Source: a virus (taxonomy: Duplodnaviria; Heunggongvirae; Uroviricota; Caudoviricetes). From it: a stretch of 64,000 nucleotides of DNA. Shown here in pieces: positions 41,782 to 51,382 of the stretch. How positions within the stretch are numbered: the first letter of the stretch is position 1; each line of letters begins with the position of its first letter. A model generated the notes under the pieces. It was not told where the DNA came from. It saw only the letters and a list, made by a program, of their open reading frames with translations, and searched no databases. Both the position numbers and the translations under genes were made by a program. Location: positions 290,948 through 354,947 of the IMG/VR virus record IMGVR_UViG_3300021979_000001; one strand, 5' to 3'.

Positions 41782-41872
41782 ATCAAAATGTGATTAATAC
41801 TGTTCAAATCATCGACACATATCCTTTAATCATAATGGTTTATGAAATTTATTATTTTCAACGAAAATAGTA

Positions 41873-41901
41873 TTGACATAGCCATTATTTCAAGCTATAA
41901 A
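41873..41901 (+). promoter_or_regulatory. sigma70-like promoter
   Basis: TTGACA-17 nt-TATAAA. Confidence 0.6.
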
Positions 41902-41966
41902 CTAAGCATACACCGAGATCGAAACGTTTTCTACCGACATTGATGCCAGCAAAGGAAGAAAGTATT

Positions 41967-42937
41967 ATGAAAAAATCAATCGCTAATATCAAACATCCGC
42001 TGCGTGACATTCCTCTCTCCGTCCAGAAATTTTCGGATCAATATGCTATCAATTTTTCATCGAATTTTTTCCGTGCTGAAATCGTCAAATGTATCCGCGA
42101 CGCCGATCTTGGCTTGTTTCCATTTGTATTGGTCTTTGGATATTCTGACCATACCGACGAAATGAGTCGTGACCGCACCGCTCATGTTTTCGCCAATAGC
42201 GCGAAAATCTCCAAAATTCAGTTACAAGTTCTCAAAAAAACTGAATTTTATGAAACTTTCCCAGACGTTCTAAAACAGAACGAGGTTGATGGTGAAATCG
42301 TTTTCACCAAAACGCTCCGCCTGGCATTTTGGAAATGGGCATTGCACTATGTCAATCCAGAAATTGAACTTCGTGATATTCGGGAACCACATGCCGATCA
42401 TTTGTTTCATCCCATCGAAACCCCGGAACCGATGGAAAACAACGGCATAATCACCTTGATGCCAGGGAACGCGCTTTGAGCGATTTTGACGATTATATTC
42501 CGATAATCTTGCACTTGGCATTTGCTCATGCAGAATTGAGTGAGTATGTGCAGAAAAATAACACGGCCATATATGTATATGGCCGTGGATCATCTATTTG
42601 CTTCGTCCATAAGTCACATTTTTCTGCCATCAAAGAAATTTATAATCATAAAGTGTATGATAATGAATTGTTGGTCAAAAAATTTCCGTTTGTTCTTGAA
42701 GTTAGTGGTAAAATAATCAAATCGGTGCCCACCGATAAAATGAACATCATTTCCGTTTCACCCAAGGAATTAGTGCGGGCCAGCGATGCCAATGCATGTG
42801 ATGCTGTCATTATTTATGACGAGGATAACAACATCACAACAAAATATAGCTTTACAACGAATGCGAACATAAGATATTCGGTTCGGTTCAAATCAGAACC
42901 GGATAGAGTCATGTTTGCACTCACGTATGGCATCTAA
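41967..42937 (+). pseudogene. split paralog of 40762..41781 (ORFs 41967..42479 and 42476..42937)
   Basis: the two halves align colinearly with the upstream paralog; removing 2 nt from GCGC at 42471-42474 restores one frame. Confidence 0.6.
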
Positions 42938-43079
42938 AATCAGCGCGTGTAGACCCTTCTGGTTGATCCTTCGTAACCCAACCTAATATGGGTTACATGC
43001 GCTGTGTGCCCTAAAAATATGCCCTGGCGTTGATGTTATTATAATAAATAAGAATACAGTAACATTGAACGCGATAAAC

Positions 43080-43421
43080 ATGAAAATAAATGAAATTTTT
43101 TCTCACCCAATTAATATTGTTGGGTATCATGGCACGGATGCTGATATATCCGCCTTCAAACTGAAATCACCAAAACGTGGTATTTATTTTACCAGTGACC
43201 AGGAATACGCTTCCGACTATGGTGATACTATCTACCGGTGCCACATAACGTTGAATAACCCCGTGATATATTCTGAATCAGAAAGCCATGGTGATATGGA
43301 GATTGATCGCGATGTGCTGATTTCAAAAGGATATGATGGTCGTGTTATCGTATATGATGATGGTCAGAAGGATATTATTGCATTTTATCCAAACCAGGTT
43401 CGTATATTGAACAAGATATAA
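43080..43421 (+). CDS. minimal ART-PolyVal-like protein, late
   Basis: GYHGT...GIYFTSDQEYASDYG...ITLNNP...GYDG...IIAFYPNQVR; MKINEI leader; ATAAATA 43044-43050. Confidence 0.8.
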   Translation: MKINEIFSHPINIVGYHGTDADISAFKLKSPKRGIYFTSDQEYASDYGDTIYRCHITLNNPVIYSESESHGDMEIDRDVLISKGYDGRVIVYDDGQKDIIAFYPNQVRILNKI

Positions 43422-43486
43422 CAAAATACACCTTGACTTAAATTTTGATTAGTATAATATATCAAATATTGTTTAGGAGATTTGTT

Positions 43487-44557
43487 ATGCCAGTATCATA
43501 TGTTACGTTGAAATTATGGTTGAACCAGAAATATGAGGTTCCTATTACCATTGATTGCACCAAGTCCTTTCAAACAGATACGTTTCAATGTTTATTTCAT
43601 AAAACAACACTTGATTTGATAAATTCCACGGGAATCAACTGGTTCACGCAGTATTCTCCGTATAATTCCGCTTATTTGTTATATGGATATAGGGAAGTTT
43701 GGTCACCTGTGATGTTTTCACTTGTTGAACATTTTTTTGGAGATAGTGTTTTTCCAGAAAACGTAAAAAAACTCAAAACTTTTTTTGCAGAATTAACATT
43801 ACGTGATCGTGCCCAAATCATGATTAATATTTTTAATTCTGCAACTAATTTTGAATATAATGTGACAATGGCATCAACTAACCAATTTGTTGAAAGGTTT
43901 GATGAATCTCAATGTTCTCCATACTCGGCACAAGATTATAATGTTACTCACCTGACGAATGGGTTTTTTGGTATTGAATCTTACAAAAATTTGGATGAAT
44001 ATTTACCTAACATTACGGGAACAAGTCGAATTGATATTCGTTCTATATCAGGTAAGGTAACGTCATTATCATATATTATTGTCGATAATAAAAACATTTC
44101 AAAACGCATTTCAAAATCAATGAATATTGTTGATTTTGGGTATATAAACAAATTATCTACCCCCGCAGTTAAATTATTTAGCAATTATGCAAAAGAACAT
44201 AATATTGTAATATCGGGAGTTTGTGGGCATTTATTTGTGCCTAAAGAACATGAAAATGCAATCGTTAAATTAATTGATACATATTGGGATTCATTAATTC
44301 CAGAAGAATGTTTTGGTTATACAATGTATTTACCAAACGTTAACATTCTGGATTTTTGGTTGTTTGATTCGTTGTGTGAAAATGATTTATCCGTATGCGA
44401 AATCATGTTTGATTTTAACAAAAAAAAATTTCATGCAACCCATATTGATGCTGAACAATATGATGTTATTATCGCCATTGATTGTGAAACAAGTAGCAAA
44501 GTTAAAATTTATGCAAAAGAAGAAAAGTATCTTACGTTAGTAAAAATGTATATCTAA
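43487..44557 (+). CDS. expanded paralog family protein (EHFFG subgroup)
   Basis: AGGAG RBS before ATG 43487; TGINWFT, WSP.MFSLVEHFFG; ends IYAKEEKYLTLVKMY. Confidence 0.8.
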   Translation: MPVSYVTLKLWLNQKYEVPITIDCTKSFQTDTFQCLFHKTTLDLINSTGINWFTQYSPYNSAYLLYGYREVWSPVMFSLVEHFFGDSVFPENVKKLKTFFAELTLRDRAQIMINIFNSATNFEYNVTMASTNQFVERFDESQCSPYSAQDYNVTHLTNGFFGIESYKNLDEYLPNITGTSRIDIRSISGKVTSLSYIIVDNKNISKRISKSMNIVDFGYINKLSTPAVKLFSNYAKEHNIVISGVCGHLFVPKEHENAIVKLIDTYWDSLIPEECFGYTMYLPNVNILDFWLFDSLCENDLSVCEIMFDFNKKKFHATHIDAEQYDVIIAIDCETSSKVKIYAKEEKYLTLVKMYI

Positions 44558-44608
44558 GGTGCCACGATATAAAAAATGTCGCGGAATTTGTTAGTTAGGA
44601 GATTTGTT

Positions 44609-45685
44609 ATGCCAGTATCAAATATTGAAGTTAAATTATCATTGGGATATTCATACATGATACCAGTTCAGTTTGACAGTGGTATCACAATTGACTCTAA
44701 ACAGTTTAAGAAATTATTTCATTTAACATGTCTTGATTTGATTGACAAAACTGGCATCAATTGGTTTACATCGTATTCGGCACAAGGAAATGCATATTTT
44801 CTCCATGGTGACAATGACATGTGGACACCATTGATGTTTTCATTGGTTGAAATGTTCTTTGGTGATGCCGTTATCCCAGATCATGTAAAAAAGTTAAAAA
44901 CTGGATTTGCGGTATTAACATTATATGATCGTGCCCAGATCATGTTTAACATATTCAATGTCGCAACAGATTTCAAATACAACGTGTCGATGACTTCACG
45001 CGAACAGTTTAGCAATGATGAATTGCTTAATCAATCGTGTGCATCAAATCACCGTCTTCGCAATTCACCCATCCAGTCGGGGATTGTTGGTATCCGAAAC
45101 AATAAACGGATGGATGGTTACATCCCGGATATTCGTGGGATGAAACGAATTGATATTCGTCATATTTCATCATCACAACATCGGCCATATCACACGATTT
45201 CCACAAAAAAACAAACGCAAAATTGCACTATTGATGATACCCATTCAATGCGGATACTTGACTTTTCCTTTTTAAATGATCAGGTTGGCCCGGAATGGGA
45301 AATATTTAATGAATATGCCGTTAAACACGATATTATTATTACGGCAACGTGTGGTATGTTGTTTGTTCCCGAGGAACATGAACAGGCCATTCGGAAATTG
45401 ATTGAAACAAATTGGCAACCAGTAATTGATGAAAATCTTTTCAAATATCAACTGGATATGTCAAATGTTAATATTATTGATTTCGATCTGTTCAATAAGA
45501 TTAAGGACAGTGGCTTGTTAATTTGTGAAATCACATATCCATTTCTTAAAAATGTATTTCGTGATAAATCAATTGATGTCATGTCGTCTGATCTTATCAT
45601 TGCACTTGATTCTGAATCAAACAAGTCGGTGAAAATTTTTGCAAAAGACATGCAGTCTCTTGTTTTTACAAAAATGTATGTCTGA
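44609..45685 (+). CDS. expanded paralog family protein (EMFFG subgroup)
   Basis: AGGAG RBS before ATG 44609; close paralog of 43487; ends IFAKDMQSLVFTKMY. Confidence 0.8.
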   Translation: MPVSNIEVKLSLGYSYMIPVQFDSGITIDSKQFKKLFHLTCLDLIDKTGINWFTSYSAQGNAYFLHGDNDMWTPLMFSLVEMFFGDAVIPDHVKKLKTGFAVLTLYDRAQIMFNIFNVATDFKYNVSMTSREQFSNDELLNQSCASNHRLRNSPIQSGIVGIRNNKRMDGYIPDIRGMKRIDIRHISSSQHRPYHTISTKKQTQNCTIDDTHSMRILDFSFLNDQVGPEWEIFNEYAVKHDIIITATCGMLFVPEEHEQAIRKLIETNWQPVIDENLFKYQLDMSNVNIIDFDLFNKIKDSGLLICEITYPFLKNVFRDKSIDVMSSDLIIALDSESNKSVKIFAKDMQSLVFTKMYV

Positions 45686-45763
45686 CCAAACCCTGCATAA
45701 TAGCATCCCTGGCTAGGCCGCAATCGGTGCCAGGGGTGTTATTGCTCTATACATTAAAGAAAA

Positions 45764-46282
45764 TTACTTTCTGAAAAATTTGGAATTGTCAAAGGTGGTG
45801 TTTGACCCATCGGCAATCTTGATGTTTTTTTCATCCCACACATATCCAGTCGTATTTTCATTATCTGGTAAAATAACACCATCATACCCAGCAGTGATCA
45901 ATTGATCAGCAAAATATTGATCCTGTTCGTCCCACCCCGCCGGGTTTGTGATTCGAACATATAACGGTAAAACGATATTGGTTCCACTTGCACCAGATTC
46001 TTGATTGGTAATATAGTTGCGATCAAACGCAAACCACGTGACTTTATCATATGTTACATAATGATCAAAATAGTCAAAATCAACATCGGTGCCATGATAG
46101 CACACTAAAGGCCGACCTTCGCCGTCTACCATTTTTGAATCGCCAAACCAATTCCAAAAATTGCGAATGCCTTCTTCGGTTGGGGCAATTGGCTCCCCTA
46201 ACGAATTTGTGATAGGTTTGGCGATACCGTTAACCGTAATGGATTCAAACGATTCCATTATTTTGATAAATTTTCGCATCAT
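45764..46282 (-). CDS. ART-PolyVal-like protein, late
   Basis: NFWNWFGDSKMVDGEGRPLVCYHGT...LYVRITNP...GYDGVI; MMRKFIKIMES leader; ATAAATA 46311-46317(-). Confidence 0.8.
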   Translation of the reverse strand: MMRKFIKIMESFESITVNGIAKPITNSLGEPIAPTEEGIRNFWNWFGDSKMVDGEGRPLVCYHGTDVDFDYFDHYVTYDKVTWFAFDRNYITNQESGASGTNIVLPLYVRITNPAGWDEQDQYFADQLITAGYDGVILPDNENTTGYVWDEKNIKIADGSNTTFDNSKFFRK

Positions 46283-46385
46283 TCTTGTAACTCATTAACC
46301 AGTGACGGATTATTTATTCGAAAAATAAAAAAACGGAACGCCATCAATTGCGCTCCGTTTCGAATTTGTTGTATTACTAAAATAA

Positions 46386-46462
46386 TGGTGCCGGAGACAG
46401 GACTCGAACCCGCAACCCCCTGATTACAAATCAGACGCTCTACCAATTGAAGCTACTCCGGC
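46386..46462 (-). tRNA. tRNA-Thr(TGT)
   Basis: GCCGGAG/CTCCGGC acceptor, TCTGA-TTTGTAA-TCAGG anticodon arm, TTCGAGT T-loop, CCA. Confidence 0.95.
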
Positions 46463-46540
46463 GTTGCTGTATTATTATTTATCATTGTTGGATTAATAAT
46501 GCAATAATTATCTTACATAAAACAAAAAATGTCATCTTTT

Positions 46541-47239
46541 TTACGCGGGCAATTGCTGACCAATCAGGTGAGCATAAGACGGGATATTTTGGTGGTCAAT
46601 GTGTTCGCTTTTCGCAACCACCGCAATATCCAGGATCGTAATCGGGGCCTGATCAATAACAGTGATTTCTCTTTCATCATCACCTACGTTCATTTTGATG
46701 TTTGCCGTGATGGTAGATTCCCAATTAATATTTTCTAGTTGAACCTTTCCTGATATGAGAACCGTTAACACATCCCCAGAATTGTGTCCCCAATGCGCAT
46801 CTGCGGCATTTTTGTCCCAGGACCAGTATTCACCAAGTGGTCGGTTTTCCGGGTTCCAATTCAACGGAACAGTAATCATTCGCCAAATGTTGATTGATCC
46901 TGCATTAAAACGGTTCGATATGGTTTCACAAACCTTATGTGCAAGATCATACAAATAATTATACACGAAAACTCTAAAATTATGGTGTGTTTCCAATAAT
47001 TCCGAGGGTTCGCTATTGTTTATTTGATCAAGTTCCATGGCGTCTTTTTCATCATCTTGATCTAACGTTTTAGTATCAATTAAATATTCAATAAACATTT
47101 CTTGAATAGAATAAAAATCTTCATTGTATCTACTAATATTATTCATATAAGAATAAATCACATCTTCTATTATTTCGTCAATATTATTGATATTAAAATT
47201 TTCTGTGACAATATTCATAAAAAAACGAATGTCAGTCAT
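46541..47239 (-). CDS. probable R-S-E type ART-fold protein, late
   Basis: IWRMI...GEYWSWDKNAA...DEREITV (ExE); MTDIRFFMNIVTE leader; TATAAATA 47265-47272(-). Confidence 0.6.
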   Translation of the reverse strand: MTDIRFFMNIVTENFNINNIDEIIEDVIYSYMNNISRYNEDFYSIQEMFIEYLIDTKTLDQDDEKDAMELDQINNSEPSELLETHHNFRVFVYNYLYDLAHKVCETISNRFNAGSINIWRMITVPLNWNPENRPLGEYWSWDKNAADAHWGHNSGDVLTVLISGKVQLENINWESTITANIKMNVGDDEREITVIDQAPITILDIAVVAKSEHIDHQNIPSYAHLIGQQLPA

Positions 47240-47324
47240 TGGTAAATTTCTCCAAAGCATTGATTATTTATACCAATTTAGTGAATAAATACAAAAATAA
47301 CGTTGTTATTTGAGAGCGAGAACC

Positions 47325-49031
47325 ATGAAGTTTGACCAAATACAAATTAAACCATTATCGGCTGATAAAATGATTACTCTTTTATCTCATAAAATAAAGC
47401 ATGATAAAAAAATTGCTAAAGAAAACGATGACTTAATCACCGTGACGACCGATGATAGCTTCGCAAATGAAATCATGCGTAATCATGAATGGTTAACACA
47501 AGCGGGATGGGTTATTGCTGATCTCTATCAACATGACCATTATCCAGAAGATTTGCGTCATTATTCTACGTTACGTCTAGAACCATTTATTTCGTCAACT
47601 GTTAATGTTCCAAAATTTCTCTATCATATTTCACCAATAAAAAATATCCAATCCATTATGACATATGGATTGATACCACAACGTGGTGATAGAACCGGTC
47701 AGGTTTTTTCAATTCCAGATCGGGTATTCATGGCATCATCATATAACGCTGCCATCCGAATAGCGCAACTTTTCAATGAAGAATTATACAACCCGCTAGA
47801 ATTTGCGGTGTTCAAAATTGATACCGAAAAATTACCAGGCAGGATATTTCATATCGATCCGCAATTCAATAATGGCGTCTATACTACCGATGTGATCCCA
47901 CCATCTGCAATCACCGTAATTGGAAATTATCCCAATGTTAAATCATCAGTTTCGGAATCAATCACAAATATTCCATTGGACTTAAAAAAATGGGCCATGG
48001 CACGAAGCAAACAAATCGGACTAATTGTTGATATTTTAAAGAAGGCTAACGATGTTATTATGTCAACAAGCTATGATGTAACAGATGATCTTAATGCAAT
48101 TGCACAGAATATTGATTCTGCTATTATGTTCGATGACATGGGTCGTTATATCAATAAAATGGTTGATAGCGGATATGACTTGCCCATTCTTAAAGAAACT
48201 CTAAAAAATTTTGCACTCCATGGTGATACATTTTCTAAATATTTGCTGTCAAATATTGAAGCAAATAATGACTATGAGTTCAATGAAAATATCAACATTA
48301 TCCTGGATAAAATTGACAAGATTAAAGAAAACATACCGGGCAAGGTGCATGATGAAAATCTTACCCAAGCGTTAAATTTGATTGAAGTATATGAATTATT
48401 GAAAAAAGTTCGGGTTAATCTTCGAAATTTGATTAAAGACATTAAGATTAAAATAAGTCTTGTGACAGACATTTCCCACACCGGATTACATTCATATCGT
48501 CCTGAACACACCGAGGAAGAAAAGATGTATCATGTCAGTGCATTTGCTTCTGAAATATCTAAAAATGGATTTGGTGCTGAACCACCAGTTGATCGAACAG
48601 GGGTTGGCAATTATGGGAGAATTAAAGAAATATCAATGACTCATAACTATACAATTGCACAAGGAATATTGCGAACATTTAATGAACTATGGAAAATTGT
48701 TCATGATGTGTTGTCTTTGGACACAATAAAACTGTGGTTTGTTGCAGAAGATATTCCATTCCCATCGTCAACTGATGTGGAAATGTCACAAGATCATATC
48801 AAATATAATATTGATGTATATCAGTTTTATCTATCTAATAGCAAAAAACGCTATAACCCAATGATCGTTAATATTGATAAACTTGCCGAAATATTAAAAT
48901 ATCGCAAACTATCAGATATAGGTATTTTACAATGTCAAGTAAATATGACAGGAAAAGAAGAATATTTATGGTCTGAACAAGAATTTCGCATTCTTCCAAA
49001 CCAGGTTAATGCCGTTAAACGGATAATATAA
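47325..49031 (+). CDS. multidomain protein with two ART-fold domains, late
   Basis: FLYHISP..NIQSIMTYGLIP...RVFM...FKID...DP...VYT.DVIPPSAI; second domain MYHVS...ISMTHNY.IA...SEQEFRI; ATAAATA 47285-47291. Confidence 0.7.
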   Translation: MKFDQIQIKPLSADKMITLLSHKIKHDKKIAKENDDLITVTTDDSFANEIMRNHEWLTQAGWVIADLYQHDHYPEDLRHYSTLRLEPFISSTVNVPKFLYHISPIKNIQSIMTYGLIPQRGDRTGQVFSIPDRVFMASSYNAAIRIAQLFNEELYNPLEFAVFKIDTEKLPGRIFHIDPQFNNGVYTTDVIPPSAITVIGNYPNVKSSVSESITNIPLDLKKWAMARSKQIGLIVDILKKANDVIMSTSYDVTDDLNAIAQNIDSAIMFDDMGRYINKMVDSGYDLPILKETLKNFALHGDTFSKYLLSNIEANNDYEFNENINIILDKIDKIKENIPGKVHDENLTQALNLIEVYELLKKVRVNLRNLIKDIKIKISLVTDISHTGLHSYRPEHTEEEKMYHVSAFASEISKNGFGAEPPVDRTGVGNYGRIKEISMTHNYTIAQGILRTFNELWKIVHDVLSLDTIKLWFVAEDIPFPSSTDVEMSQDHIKYNIDVYQFYLSNSKKRYNPMIVNIDKLAEILKYRKLSDIGILQCQVNMTGKEEYLWSEQEFRILPNQVNAVKRII

Positions 49032-49032
49032 A

Positions 49033-49326
49033 ATGAGATATTCATAAATTATTAATGAAAATGATGCCATAGCCTTACCTAAATTGTTATATCATGAAAC
49101 CACAATTCATAACTGAAACAAAATACAGAAACCGGGGTTTTATTTTTGACTAAAAACAAAAAAAAGACGCAATTAATTATGTAGAAGATATACTTCCAAC
49201 ATGTTAGATGATGGTTGGGAAGAAGATGGTGACTATACTGATCCTGATAATTACGAAATTTTAATGAAATTTAATTTGGATGAATTGCAGAAATCCTCGG
49301 AGATTCAACTTAGCGCCAGTCGATAG
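49033..49326 (+). pseudogene. decayed ART-fold late-protein gene
   Basis: MRYS*IINENDAIALPKLLYHETTIHN*NKIQKPG.. with in-frame stops; a further open fragment at 49201-49326. Confidence 0.6.
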
Positions 49327-49443
49327 CACCGTGAAATAGATGGGGCAAATTGTTTCGGTCACATGAACCAATGATAATTCTGGTTGACAATATTGTGTTA
49401 ATTAGTATGGTGGGATAATAAGTTCAACCATAAGGATTCGATC

Positions 49444-50178
49444 ATGAAACGACGTAAGTTGTGGGACATTTCGGAATTTAATAAAATTAATCTCCCCGAA
49501 GTGGTCGGGAAGATTTCCGAAAAACGAGAGTTTTCTGCCAAGAACAACATTCGTGTGTTGGATATGCCCATCTTCATGCCAGGGCAGGGTTGGAAAATTC
49601 CACGCGGTTTGCACCAGTTTTCTGAAATTGTCAAAATGGTAATTGACCATGAAAGCAATTATGGTCAATTTGAAGACGATCATTATGTCTATATTACGGT
49701 TGACCAAAAAATGGTCAAACATGGACAAACTGGTCGGCGGGCTGGTGCCCATTCCGACGCATACGTAGAAGAAAACAACCAGCAAATTGACATCACGACC
49801 AAAAACAGCGCCATGGTCGGGAAACAAAAGGGACCAGTTTCGCACACCTATATTGTCGCAGATTGTATTCCAACACAATTTTTCAAGGAAAAGTTCCCCT
49901 TGGATAAAACAGATTGTGAAAGCAGTCTTAAAACCTTTGACGAAATCGCGGCTACTGCGCCGGTAGTAACGTATCCTGAATATACCGTTTTAAAACTGGA
50001 CCCTTACGTGGTCCATCGGTGCGGAACGCATTTCGAAGACGTTTACCGGACATTTGTCAAAGTATCGGTATCCAGGAAAAAATATGCTCGGGAAGGTAAT
50101 ACCCGGAATATTATGTTCCGGTATGATTGGGAATTGACTGCCCGGTCTCCCGATAAACGAAATCATCCTTGGACATAA
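49444..50178 (+). CDS. 2OG-Fe(II) oxygenase-like protein
   Basis: YVYITVDQ.....GQTGRRAGAHSD (HxD)...VVHR...RTFVKV. Confidence 0.65.
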   Translation: MKRRKLWDISEFNKINLPEVVGKISEKREFSAKNNIRVLDMPIFMPGQGWKIPRGLHQFSEIVKMVIDHESNYGQFEDDHYVYITVDQKMVKHGQTGRRAGAHSDAYVEENNQQIDITTKNSAMVGKQKGPVSHTYIVADCIPTQFFKEKFPLDKTDCESSLKTFDEIAATAPVVTYPEYTVLKLDPYVVHRCGTHFEDVYRTFVKVSVSRKKYAREGNTRNIMFRYDWELTARSPDKRNHPWT

Positions 50179-50180
50179 AA

Positions 50181-50217
50181 TAAAAAACCCTACCTGGATC
50201 ATCCGGTAGGGTTTTTA
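50181..50217. terminator. bidirectional intrinsic terminator
   Basis: AAAAACCCTACC-loop-GGTAGGGTTTTT. Confidence 0.8.
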
Positions 50218-50246
50218 TTTTGTTGCATGGCGGCGTGATATAATTA

Positions 50247-51350
50247 TTAATCAATTATTGATTTGATTGCATAGCCATGGCTATTGCCACCAGAAGCCGC
50301 AGACCAGTCAGTATCCGTTCCGATTTGGGTCCAGGATGATCTGTTACTATTACCATAACTACCTATTTGACCATCACCACCATAACCAATACCCCAAATG
50401 GTCCCATCCGACTTAATTGCATAGCCATGATTGCCGCCACTTGCAACAGATACCCAATTAGTATTTGTCCCGATTTTTGTCCACGATGACTTATTTCCAG
50501 AACCACCTATTTGACCATAAATATTATAACCAATCCCCCAAATGGTCCCATCCGACTTTATTGCATAGCCATGATATGTTCCACCAGAAGCCAATACCCA
50601 ATCTGTATCGGTTCCGATCTGTGTCCACGATGACTTATTCCCAGAACCACCTATTTGACCAAAATTATTGTAACCAATCCCCCAAATAGTGCCATCAGAC
50701 CTAATTGCATAACCATGAATGTTACCACTCGAAACAGATACCCAATTAGTATTCGTCCCGATTTTCGTCCAAAATGACTTATCACCCGAACCACCTATCT
50801 GCCCAACATTATTAGAACCAATTCCCCAAATAGTGCCATCAGACCTAATTGCATAACCATGACTATAACCACCCGAAACTGATGCCCAATTCTTATTCGT
50901 GCCAATTCGGGACCAGTATGATCTTCTACCAGTAAATCCAAGCTGACCAGAACCGCTATCACCAATACCCCAAATGGTCCCATCCGACCTAATTGCATAC
51001 CCATGATTGCCACCGGCAGAAACCGATGTCCAATCATTATCGGTTTCAATTTGTGTCCACGATGACTTATTCCCAGAACCGCCTATTTGACCATAATTAT
51101 TGTAACCAATGCCCCAAATAGTGCCATCCGGTTTAATTGCATAACCATTATTATTAGAACCACCGGAAATAGATGACCAATCATTATCAGTTCCTATTTG
51201 AGACCACAGTGTCTTATTCCCAGTCCCACCGATTTGACCATAATCATTAGAACCAATACCAAATACCGGGTGTTTTATTGTTTCAAAATTATTTTTTCCA
51301 ATGGTAATATTTAAAAAATGTTTCAGATTGTTTTTTACAACTACGCCCAT
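50247..51350 (-). CDS. RCC1-repeat beta-propeller protein
   Basis: about seven ~48-aa repeats W.SVSGG..HGYAI.SDGTIWGIG.N.YGQIG. Confidence 0.9.
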   Translation of the reverse strand: MGVVVKNNLKHFLNITIGKNNFETIKHPVFGIGSNDYGQIGGTGNKTLWSQIGTDNDWSSISGGSNNNGYAIKPDGTIWGIGYNNYGQIGGSGNKSSWTQIETDNDWTSVSAGGNHGYAIRSDGTIWGIGDSGSGQLGFTGRRSYWSRIGTNKNWASVSGGYSHGYAIRSDGTIWGIGSNNVGQIGGSGDKSFWTKIGTNTNWVSVSSGNIHGYAIRSDGTIWGIGYNNFGQIGGSGNKSSWTQIGTDTDWVLASGGTYHGYAIKSDGTIWGIGYNIYGQIGGSGNKSSWTKIGTNTNWVSVASGGNHGYAIKSDGTIWGIGYGGDGQIGSYGNSNRSSWTQIGTDTDWSAASGGNSHGYAIKSIID

Positions 51351-51382
51351 AATAGTTCTATACCCAATACAAATGTTTGGTT

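Noticed and set aside
42474-42479. RF2-type CTT-TGA programmed +1 frameshift
   Set aside because: Joining the halves needs a -1 shift; the +1 frame stops within a few codons
24080-45685. Diversity-generating retroelement behind the paralog array
   Set aside because: No reverse transcriptase and no template/variable repeat pair with adenine-specific differences seen in the window
49033-49130. Stop-codon reassignment
   Set aside because: Both TAA and TGA interrupt the frame, other genes end normally with all three stops, and no suppressor tRNA is seen
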